Part shown: positions 35,241-43,333 of the stretch, in pieces
Layout: the number at the start of each line of letters is the position of its first letter
How positions within the stretch are numbered: the stretch's first letter is position 1
Source: an uncultured delta proteobacterium
GTDB lineage: Bacteria > Desulfobacterota > Binatia > HRBIN30 > BPIQ01
Direction: 5' to 3'
DNA length: 64,000 nt
NCBI GenBank assembly: GCA_963761335.1
Contig: CAVXGR010000018.1
Coordinates: 800,001-864,000 of the forward strand
The notes under the pieces: generated by a model
The model's database searches: none
Told to the model about the DNA's origin: nothing
The model's input: only the letters and a program-made list of their open reading frames with translations
Position numbers and translations under genes: made by a program

Positions 35241-37001
35241 ATGTGCGGCATCCTCGGGGGAACCGATCCGGCATGGGACTACGATGGTGCTGTGCAAGCG
35301 CTGCGCCATCGCGGTCCCGATCGGCAGCGAGTCAGCCGCTGCGGCGAGGTCACGCTGGGATTCGCCCGTCTGGCGATCATCGACCTGAGCGAAGCGGCGG
35401 ATCAGCCGATGTCGGCGCTCGACGGGCAGGTGTGGCTGGTCTTCAACGGAGAGATCTATGGCTACGCCGCTCTGCGCCAGCGGCTCCTGGGGCTCGGCTA
35501 TCGATTTCGGTCGCAGTCCGACACCGAGGTGCTGCTCAACGCCTACCTCCACTGGGGGGACGGCTTCGTCGAGCACGTGGACGGGATGTTTGCGGCGGTG
35601 CTCTACGATGCGCGCCGGCGTCAGCTCAAGCTGTTTCGCGACCGGCCGGGCATCAAGCCGCTGTACTACTATGCCGATGGCCGGCGCTTCGCCTTCGCTT
35701 CGGAGCTCAAGGGCATCACGGCGCTGCTCGGCGGCGCCGGGCTCGATGAGGACCCGACCGCCATCTACGATTTCCTCACCTATCGGTACATCCCCGCTCC
35801 CAAGACCCTCTATCGCAACGTGTTCAAGCTGGAGCCGGCGAGCTGGCTGACCTTCGATCTGGAACGGCGTGCCATTACCGAGCCTCGCCGTTACTGGCGG
35901 CTCGAGGTTCCCTCGGACCCGCCGCCGGTCGGCAGCCAAGAGGCCGCAGGGCAGCTGACGCGGTTGCTCGAGGAATCGGTGGACGAGCAGCTGGTGGCCG
36001 ACGTTCCGGTGGGATTCTTTCTGAGCGGCGGAGTGGACTCGAGCACGGTGGTCGCCGCCGCGGCTCGATCGCATGACCGTCTCGAGACGTTCTGCATCGG
36101 CTTCGACAGGGCCGAGAATACGGAAACGCCGTTCGCTCGCGAGGTGGCCCGCGCCTACCACACCGACCATCACGAGCGGACCCTTTCGTTCGCCGAGGCG
36201 GAGCAGCTCTTCTCGCGGCTGAAGGATTGGTACGACGAGCCCTTCTATGACAGCTCGGCGTTCCCGACGTACCTGGTGTCGAAATTCGCTCGCGAATCGG
36301 TGACCGTGGCGTTGACGGGCGACGGCGGCGATGAGGTGTTCGGCGGCTACTTGTGGCACGACCTGTTTCGCCGTTGGTCCGCCCTGTCGATCCCCGGTGG
36401 CCGCCGTCTGGCCGAGGTGCTGGCCCGCTTGAAGCGGGCGGTGCCGGTGAACTCGCTCCCCTATCGCCTCTGCGACCGGGTCGAGCTGATGGCTTCGGAC
36501 GACCTGGCGCTCTATGCCAAGCTGCTGGCCGGGATGAGCCATCACGAGAAGCGCCCGTACGCGGAGCGCTGTGGGATCGAATCCGGTTACGACGATTACT
36601 GGCACTTTCGGCGGTACTGGCGGCCCGAGCTGCCGCTGCGCACGCGGCTCCAGTACCTCGAGTTTCACACCTACCTGCCCGACGACATCCTGACGAAAGT
36701 CGATCGGGTCAGCATGGCGGTGTCGCTCGAGGCCCGTGTGCCGCTACTCAGCCGCAAGCTGGTCGAGTTCAGCTTTGCTCTCCCGGAAGAGGTGCGCTAC
36801 TGCGGCGGTCAGCCGAAGGGGCTCCTCAAGCGCGCCTGCGTGGATCGCTTACCGCCGGCCATCCTGCAGCGCCGGAAGCAGGGCTTCAGCATGCCTCGTC
36901 ACTATCGGCGCCGCGACAGGCTCTCTCGGCAAGAGCGGGTTCTCGGAGAGCTCTTCGGCTTTCCGTCCTCGGCGGCCGTCGCGGAATCGACGCGGCGATG
37001 A
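35241..37001 (+). CDS. asnB: Asparagine synthase-family glutamine amidotransferase (probably glycan amidation)
   Basis: N-terminal MCGI (Ntn Cys), HRGPD, RLAIID, FNGEIY, FLSGGVDSS, LTGDGGDE. Confidence 0.9.
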   Translation: MCGILGGTDPAWDYDGAVQALRHRGPDRQRVSRCGEVTLGFARLAIIDLSEAADQPMSALDGQVWLVFNGEIYGYAALRQRLLGLGYRFRSQSDTEVLLNAYLHWGDGFVEHVDGMFAAVLYDARRRQLKLFRDRPGIKPLYYYADGRRFAFASELKGITALLGGAGLDEDPTAIYDFLTYRYIPAPKTLYRNVFKLEPASWLTFDLERRAITEPRRYWRLEVPSDPPPVGSQEAAGQLTRLLEESVDEQLVADVPVGFFLSGGVDSSTVVAAAARSHDRLETFCIGFDRAENTETPFAREVARAYHTDHHERTLSFAEAEQLFSRLKDWYDEPFYDSSAFPTYLVSKFARESVTVALTGDGGDEVFGGYLWHDLFRRWSALSIPGGRRLAEVLARLKRAVPVNSLPYRLCDRVELMASDDLALYAKLLAGMSHHEKRPYAERCGIESGYDDYWHFRRYWRPELPLRTRLQYLEFHTYLPDDILTKVDRVSMAVSLEARVPLLSRKLVEFSFALPEEVRYCGGQPKGLLKRACVDRLPPAILQRRKQGFSMPRHYRRRDRLSRQERVLGELFGFPSSAAVAESTRR

Positions 37002-37017
37002 GGCCGATAACCTCGAT

Positions 37018-37848
37018 ATGAGCGCCACACCGCCGAAGCGATTCACATCCGCTCAGCCACGGTCGGCAGGCGGCTCGATTTCCGTCCTGGCAGGAAGGCT
37101 GCTCTCGGGCGGCTTTCGCTGGACGTGGAGACTTTGCAATCTCATGTCGCGGCGCGGGATCAACCGCTTCATCGACCAGAATCTGTCCCGCGTATCGCCG
37201 CGGCACGTGGTTCTCAACATCGGCTCGGGCGGCCTGATCGCCGAGCGCATCCGCGGGTGGCGCGAGCGGACCGGCTTTCGACTGTGGTCGCTCGACATCG
37301 ATCCGACATACGGGCCCGACGTCGTCGGCGACATCACCGCCGACCCGCTCGCGGGCGACGCCTTCGATTGGATCTTCATGCTGGAAGTCCTGGAGCACGT
37401 GAAGGAGCCGCAGCGCGCCATCGAAAACATCTGCCGGGCGCTCAAGCCCGGGGGGCGGCTGGTGCTCTCCACTCCCTTTTTGTTCCCGCTGCACGATCGC
37501 CCCAACGACTACTTTCGATACACCGAGTACGGTCTGCGCCATCTCTGCCGGGACCTGCGGGCGGTCGAGGTAACGCCGAGGGATGACTGGGTGAACACGA
37601 TCTCCGTGCTCGCCGGGCGACTCTTCATGGAGCCCGGGATTCGTTACCGGATTGCGGGGCCGCCGTTGGTTCTGCTCTTGCTCGCCGTGCAGCCGGCGCT
37701 GTGGATCATCGGTCGACTGTTCCCGACGGACTACTGCGCGACGGGATATGTGCTCACCGGCCTGAAGCCCGGTGGAGATGAGGCGGGGGCGTCCGCGAAA
37801 GGGGACGGAGCCGAAGCGCGCCATGCGTCGGCTCGCGAGAGGTCCTGA
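37018..37848 (+). CDS. Class I SAM-dependent methyltransferase
   Basis: VLNIGSGG, LEVLEHV, ALKPGG, STPFLFPLHD.P.DYFRYT. Start approximate. Confidence 0.85.
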   Translation: MSATPPKRFTSAQPRSAGGSISVLAGRLLSGGFRWTWRLCNLMSRRGINRFIDQNLSRVSPRHVVLNIGSGGLIAERIRGWRERTGFRLWSLDIDPTYGPDVVGDITADPLAGDAFDWIFMLEVLEHVKEPQRAIENICRALKPGGRLVLSTPFLFPLHDRPNDYFRYTEYGLRHLCRDLRAVEVTPRDDWVNTISVLAGRLFMEPGIRYRIAGPPLVLLLLAVQPALWIIGRLFPTDYCATGYVLTGLKPGGDEAGASAKGDGAEARHASARERS

Positions 37849-38465
37849 TGTCGTCCCCGGAAGTCGGCGCGAGCTTCTGGGTGAGTGCCACTGTGCTCGC
37901 CGTCTTTCTCGGCTACTTCGCCGTGGCGCTGGCGGCGACAATTCTGCACCGGTACCGCCGTGCACGCGAGGCCTATCTGGCGATCTTCTTTGCGCTGGTG
38001 ATCGTCCCGGGACTGACTGGAGTATGGGCGTGGCCGTTCTTCACGTGGCATCTGTACCGCTATCGGGCTCCGACGGATGTGACCTTCTACGAGATCCGGG
38101 TCGCCGACGGCGCCGGGCACGAGCTCAAGTACGATGCCCGCGCCGTGCCACCATCTCTGGCGACCCCGCTGACGCGCTTCGCGGCGCGCTTTCCCACCTA
38201 CTCGCCGAAGCATTCCCGCGCCTTCGCGAATTACCTCCTGGAGCGGGCGCGCACCTATCGTGCCCGCATTGAGACTGGAAGGCGCGGCTACTTGCGATAC
38301 CTGAGGTTTCCACGACACCAGCTGGGCTTCTATTGGACCAAGGACCTGCTTGCCGGCCTGGGACCATTCGAGAAGGTGCGCATCTATCGGGTTCACCTCA
38401 GGCTGTCGGGTGACGGAGAGGAGCTGTTGGCCAGGGAGGAGCAGCCGGTGGCCGATTATCCGTGA
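37848..38465 (+). CDS. Hypothetical membrane protein (2 N-terminal TMs, WPFFTWHLY motif)
   Basis: Translationally coupled to both neighbours; hydrophobic N-terminus. Confidence 0.65.
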   Translation: MSSPEVGASFWVSATVLAVFLGYFAVALAATILHRYRRAREAYLAIFFALVIVPGLTGVWAWPFFTWHLYRYRAPTDVTFYEIRVADGAGHELKYDARAVPPSLATPLTRFAARFPTYSPKHSRAFANYLLERARTYRARIETGRRGYLRYLRFPRHQLGFYWTKDLLAGLGPFEKVRIYRVHLRLSGDGEELLAREEQPVADYP

Positions 38466-39691
38466 TGTTCATCAACTATTTCGCACACGATACGCGGCCC
38501 TCCGGCTTCAACACGGCGGTGGCGCGGGTGCTGCTCGGCGCCTATGCGGTCTGGAAGCTGCTGAGCTACCGCTTGGACAGGTTGCAGGACTGGCCTGAAT
38601 TCCTCTTCCTCGTGCACCGGCACCGCTTCTTCCTGCCCTTTCCCGGCTATCTCGCCTATCTTCCGATCGAGCAGTGGATAGCGGTTTTTCTCCTGATTCT
38701 GTTCGCCATTGGCTGGCGCATCGGCTTCACGGCGTTCACCAGCGCCCTTCTGATCGGCCACATGATCGCGCTGCACTACGCCGTGACCAACTCGGGGGCG
38801 ACGTTTCTGCCGGCGATCTACATGTTGATCTTTTTCGCCGTCTTCCGGGAAACGGATGACCTCTCCATCGACACCGTCCGCGGCGCGAAGCACGAGCCGC
38901 TGGCCGCCTTGGTCGCAGATCTCGCGGCGAGCGCGCGCGCCCCACGCGACATGGCGATCTTGAAGTGGACGCTGGTGACCATCGCCCTGACGTATTTCTT
39001 CACCGGCTACGCCAAGCTGCTGATCGGCGGCTTGAGCTGGGCGACGGGGCAGAACCTGGCGACCTTCATCCACTCGGATTCGATCATGTATCTGAACGGT
39101 ATTCCCGTCGTCGGCCGCTTCCTCATGGACCACGCGTGGCTTGCCGACGCCTCCGCGGTAGCCACGGTGGTGCTCGAATGCGGTTTTCTGGTGGGCGTGC
39201 TGCTGGGCCTGCCCATAACGCCGTTCATTCTCGGACTGGCCGGGCTGCACGTCATGATCGCGCTCGGGATGCGCATCTTCTTCTTCGATCAGTTTCTGCT
39301 CTATTTGCTGTTCGTTCCCTGGGATCGGCTGTACGCGCGGCTGGCAGGCACCCAGCCGGTCACGGTCGTCTACGACGCCGGGTCGGAGCTCTGTGCCCGC
39401 ATCCTGCTCCTCTTCAAGCATCTGGACATCCACGACAGCATCGCCTTCCGCCCGGCGGCGGATCTCCTTGCCGGGGGCGAGCCGCCGCGCTTCGGCTCCA
39501 CCCCGAGGATACTCCTCCTGCGGGATGGAGAATCGTACGCGGGATACCACGCCTTCCGTGAGCTGCTGCGGCACTGCGGAATTTTCGCGCCGCTGGTTTG
39601 GATCATGGGTTGGCCCCCGGTCGCACGGGCCGGCGAACGCGCCTGCCGGCGGATTGCTGGCAGGGGCGTGCCTGGACATGGCGAGCGTTGA
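38462..39691 (+). CDS. HTTM-like membrane protein fused to a degenerate DCC1/DUF393 domain
   Basis: YFFTGYAKL..GG..W..G, LECGF, LHVMIALGM.IFF resemble HTTM; C-terminal VVYDAGSELC...G.SYAGY.AF resembles DCC with the first Cys replaced. Confidence 0.6.
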   Translation: MMFINYFAHDTRPSGFNTAVARVLLGAYAVWKLLSYRLDRLQDWPEFLFLVHRHRFFLPFPGYLAYLPIEQWIAVFLLILFAIGWRIGFTAFTSALLIGHMIALHYAVTNSGATFLPAIYMLIFFAVFRETDDLSIDTVRGAKHEPLAALVADLAASARAPRDMAILKWTLVTIALTYFFTGYAKLLIGGLSWATGQNLATFIHSDSIMYLNGIPVVGRFLMDHAWLADASAVATVVLECGFLVGVLLGLPITPFILGLAGLHVMIALGMRIFFFDQFLLYLLFVPWDRLYARLAGTQPVTVVYDAGSELCARILLLFKHLDIHDSIAFRPAADLLAGGEPPRFGSTPRILLLRDGESYAGYHAFRELLRHCGIFAPLVWIMGWPPVARAGERACRRIAGRGVPGHGER

Positions 39692-39851
39692 CCGCGGTTT
39701 TCGAACCCGGATGACGCGGCAGACGATGTTGCGCACGCTGCCTCGGTCCGCTACGGTGCCTCGCGACGGTATCCGCCCCTCCGGCACGGTGGTTGCCGGA
39801 AGGTCGGCCGGCATTCACTGTTCATCGTTCGAGTCCGAGGGAGGCTTTGAA

Positions 39852-39977
39852 ATGCGGGCGACAAGCAGATGGCTCGGTATGGCGACGGCGCTGCTGGCGG
39901 TCTCGGGTCTGATCGCCGCATGCACCGACGACTTCGACATCACCGTCTATCCGCGGGCGGGAAGAAGAAATAGCTGA
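39852..39977 (+). pseudogene. Internally deleted relic of the PKD lipoprotein gene (within right repeat copy ~39722-40000)
   Basis: MRATSRWLGMATALLAVSGLIAAC-TDDFDITVYP matches the N-terminus (SRWLGAGTVLLAVCALIAGC) and C-terminus (SDDLEITVHP) of 21457 with the middle missing. Confidence 0.75.
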
Positions 39978-40067
39978 CACGGCGCAGGGCTGGCGGATGG
40001 CATGGCGATATCCCCGTTCGGCCGCTCTGCGATCAAGCGCCTGCACCTCGCATAGGATCTGCTCGCC

Positions 40068-41360
40068 GTGAATCGGAAATGGGCTCGGAGCGCTTGGACC
40101 CTGCTCGGCCTCGGCCTCGCCGGGCTGGGGGTGAGCCTTTATCTTCTCTCCGTTCACCGGGCGATCGCGGCGGCGCAGGGAGCTGGCTACACCGGCTTCT
40201 GCAACATCAACGAGACGGTGAACTGCGAGGTCGTGCTCTCCAGCCGGTACGCGTATTTGTTCGGCTATCCGGTTGCCGGCTGGGCCGCGCTCGCCTACCT
40301 CGGGCTCCTTGGCCTGGCGGCGGCGATGCTGCGCGTGTCGCGCTTCTCCACGCGCCGGCGCCTGGCACAGCTCACCTTCGGCTTCGTGGCTTGGAACGCA
40401 ATCTTCTCGTACTACATGGCGGCCGTCGCCCTCTTCTCCATCGGCGCCATCTGCATCTTGTGTACCTCGCTGTACGTCATCAACACCGCGGCACTTCCGG
40501 CCGGTTGGATGCTGTACGCTGGCGTCGAAGCCGAGGGTCGGAAGCGAGGTTCCGCTTCGCCGGACCTGGCGCGTCGCAACCGCCTGGTGATCGGCGGCTC
40601 CGTAGCCGTTCTGGTCGCCATTCTGGCGCTGGCGGCGTACGAGGGGCGGCGCGGAGGTGCGCAGACTCTCGACGAAATTCGCCGTGCCAATCCAGATTTC
40701 TACCGCTGGTACACCAGTCAGCCGATCGAGCAGGTTCCCGCCGTCGGTCGCGATCTCGGCGGCCCCGACGCCGCGGTCACCATCATCGAGTTCTCCGATT
40801 TCGAGTGCGGCCACTGCGCCGCCGCACACCGCGTTTTGCAGGAGGTCCTGCCGCGCTATCGCGGCGAGGTTCGAGTCGTGTTTCGCAACTACCCGCTCGA
40901 CAAGTCGTGCAATCCGCTGCTGACCACGCAGCTGCACGACTACGCATGCGAAGCCGCAGTGGCCGCGGAGTGCGCCGGCGAGCAGGGCAAGTTCTGGCCG
41001 TACCACGATCTTCTCTTCGAGAATCAGAGCGACCTGTCGCCCGAGAACCTGCGCCGTTTCGCGCGCCAGCTGAAGCTCGACATGGACGCTTTCCAGAGCT
41101 GCCTCGGCAGCGAGAAGGCGCACGAGCGCGTGAAGCAGGACGTCGAAGAAGGAAATCGCCTGCGCATCGAGTCGACGCCGACGATGTTCATCAACGGCCG
41201 CGTGATTCACGGCTCTCTCGACGCCGACCTGCTTCGCTACGCAATCGCCATCGAACGCGCCAAGCTGCAGTCGTTGCGAGAGAATCGCGATCGCGACGCG
41301 GTGGCGCGCGCGTTTCCGCGCCGCCCTGCCGCTCGCGTCGAGCGCCGCGCCAGCGCCTGA
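40068..41360 (+). CDS. VKOR-DsbA (thioredoxin-fold) fusion, disulfide bond formation
   Basis: FCNINETVNCEVVLSSRYAYLFG.PVA and CILC (VKOR); IIEFSDFECGHC, FRNYPL, STPTMFING (DsbA). Confidence 0.9.
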   Translation: MNRKWARSAWTLLGLGLAGLGVSLYLLSVHRAIAAAQGAGYTGFCNINETVNCEVVLSSRYAYLFGYPVAGWAALAYLGLLGLAAAMLRVSRFSTRRRLAQLTFGFVAWNAIFSYYMAAVALFSIGAICILCTSLYVINTAALPAGWMLYAGVEAEGRKRGSASPDLARRNRLVIGGSVAVLVAILALAAYEGRRGGAQTLDEIRRANPDFYRWYTSQPIEQVPAVGRDLGGPDAAVTIIEFSDFECGHCAAAHRVLQEVLPRYRGEVRVVFRNYPLDKSCNPLLTTQLHDYACEAAVAAECAGEQGKFWPYHDLLFENQSDLSPENLRRFARQLKLDMDAFQSCLGSEKAHERVKQDVEEGNRLRIESTPTMFINGRVIHGSLDADLLRYAIAIERAKLQSLRENRDRDAVARAFPRRPAARVERRASA

Positions 41361-41592
41361 GGCAATCGATGCTAGCGCCGGCGCTAACGTTTACGTTGAC
41401 ACCTCTCCGGCACGGCGCTTGCGCGGAACGAATTTGAAGTGTTCGAGAAAATTTTCTTGACAACGAAAACCACTGCGACTAATTAGGCAAGCTCTCGTTT
41501 CCCAAACACACAAACGAAACCAAGAATGAGTCTTTCGGCAACTCTCTTCGCCCTTCCCAAGTCGGAAGGCGAGAAGGGGCTGTTGAGCCTTG

Positions 41593-41669
41593 CTGTGCAC
41601 AGACATGTGGATGAGTGTTGCAAGTGGCGAGGAGCGGGACGCTTTCCGACTTATCCGCAGTGTGGACAA
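41593..41669. promoter_or_regulatory. Cluster of DnaA-box-like 9-mers upstream of dnaA
   Basis: TGTGGATGA 41606-41614, TTATCCGCA 41651-41659, TGTGGACAA 41661-41669 (each one mismatch from TTATCCACA or its complement); palindrome CTGTGCACAG 41593-41602. Confidence 0.6.
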
Positions 41670-41726
41670 ACTGTTGTGGTGCAGGGAGGAACGCGGGGGA
41701 GCGTTCTTCGGGAGGGGCGGCACGCG

Positions 41727-43100
41727 ATGGGAACAATCTGGGGCCGGGTACTGCCCATTCTGCGCGAGCAGGTGGGCGAGCGCAGCTTTCAAACGTGGAT
41801 CGAGCCGCTGCGCGGCGTGGAGGAAGAAGGAGGAATCCGACTGGAGGTTCCCAGTCGGTTCCATCAGGAATGGATCTCGCGCAACTTTCTGTTGGCCATA
41901 CGGGAGGCGCTGGCGCGCCTCGCCGGAGCACCTCGGGAAGTTCGCGTCGTCATCTGCAGCGACATCGCAACGCCGCCGCCGGCGAGAGGGCCGATGCGCG
42001 CCGGCGACGGCGTGTCGCGCGAGCGGCGTCCGGTCTTCGGCCGGCTGGTGGCGACGCACACTTTCTCCAATCTGGTCGTCGGCGAGTCGAACCGGATGGC
42101 GCATGACGCGGCGCGGGCGGTGGCGCGCGAGCCGGGGCGCGAGTTCAACCCGCTCTTCATTCACGGCGGGGTAGGGCTGGGAAAGACGCATCTGGTGAAC
42201 GCGGTCGCGCACGAGTTTCTCGGCCGCTCCACCCGACAGCGGATCGCCTGCCTCGCTGCCGAGACGTTCATGAACAATCTGATCACCTGCCTTCGGCAGG
42301 ATCAGATGGGATCGTTTCGCCAGCGATTCCGAAACCTCGACGTGCTGATTCTCGACGATGTGCAGTTCCTCGCCGGGAAGGAGCGCACCCAGGAGGAGTT
42401 CTTCCACACCTTCAATGCCTTGCACGCCGAGGGAAGGCAGATCGTGCTGACGTCGGACAAGGCGCCGGGCGGAATCAAGGGGCTCGAGCAACGACTGCGG
42501 AGCCGCTTCGACGGGGGCTTGACCGCGTACATCCATCCGCCCACGTACGAGATGCGGGTGGCGATCGCCGAGCGCAAGGCCGCGGCACGCGGCGTGGATC
42601 TGCCGCGCGAAGTAGCCGTGTATCTGTCGCAGCGCGTCGGCTCGAGCGTGCGCGAGCTCGAGGGAGCGTTGACGCGAGTCGTTGCCACGGCGGCGTTGCG
42701 GCGAATGCCGATCACCTTGGCGCTGGCACAGGAATCGCTCGCCGCCTACGGAGCACAAGTAGCGGCGCTCTCGCTCGACGAGATCATCGAGCAGGTGAGC
42801 ATCGAGTTTCGCGTCGCGCCGGCGGATCTGAAGTCGTCGGGGCGGGCGCAGGCGCTGATCCTGCCGCGCCACCTCGCCATGTATCTCTGCCGCACGCTCG
42901 CCTTGGCATCGTTTGCGAGCATCGGTGAAAAGCTTGGGGGCCGGGATCACTCAACGGTGATGCACGCGGTGCGGGGGGTGGAACGGAAGAGGGAGGCCGA
43001 TTCGGCCACGGCCTCCCTCATCGCACGCCTGGAATCGGCGCTGCGGGGACGTGCCGAGGCCGCCGAGCGCGGTCCCGGCGAGCGTCGCTGCGCTCGCTGA
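41727..43100 (+). CDS. dnaA: Chromosomal replication initiator DnaA
   Basis: SFQTWI (domain I), FNPLFIHGGVGLGKTHL, LILDDVQFLAGKERTQEEFFHTFN, VRELEGAL, GGRDHSTVMHA; GGAGG RBS before ATG 41727. Confidence 0.95.
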   Translation: MGTIWGRVLPILREQVGERSFQTWIEPLRGVEEEGGIRLEVPSRFHQEWISRNFLLAIREALARLAGAPREVRVVICSDIATPPPARGPMRAGDGVSRERRPVFGRLVATHTFSNLVVGESNRMAHDAARAVAREPGREFNPLFIHGGVGLGKTHLVNAVAHEFLGRSTRQRIACLAAETFMNNLITCLRQDQMGSFRQRFRNLDVLILDDVQFLAGKERTQEEFFHTFNALHAEGRQIVLTSDKAPGGIKGLEQRLRSRFDGGLTAYIHPPTYEMRVAIAERKAAARGVDLPREVAVYLSQRVGSSVRELEGALTRVVATAALRRMPITLALAQESLAAYGAQVAALSLDEIIEQVSIEFRVAPADLKSSGRAQALILPRHLAMYLCRTLALASFASIGEKLGGRDHSTVMHAVRGVERKREADSATASLIARLESALRGRAEAAERGPGERRCAR

Positions 43101-43333
43101 GGCGTCGCGGAGAAGGGTGACGCGCCGTCCCGGGGTTGCCGGGGGTGGGGGAGGAGGTTGTGCGGGCGGCGCGTTCACCCGCTGTCCCTGAAGGCCGGGC
43201 CGGCGAAGGCAGGCTCTCCCAAGCCGGGAAAGCCGCGGGCCGTCGCTTGCGGGGCCCGCTTATTGACAAATCCGCATGTGGAGAGAAAAGTAGCGAACTC
43301 TCAGGGTCGCAGAGGAAGCACATCAAAGAGAAT

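Noticed and set aside
21330..40000. Prophage, ICE or IS-bounded composite transposon
   Set aside because: No integrase, transposase, phage or conjugation genes, tRNA target or terminal inverted repeats seen.
41526..41726. N-terminal extension of DnaA from ATG 41526
   Set aside because: The region holds the DnaA boxes; DnaA homology and a good RBS start at 41727.
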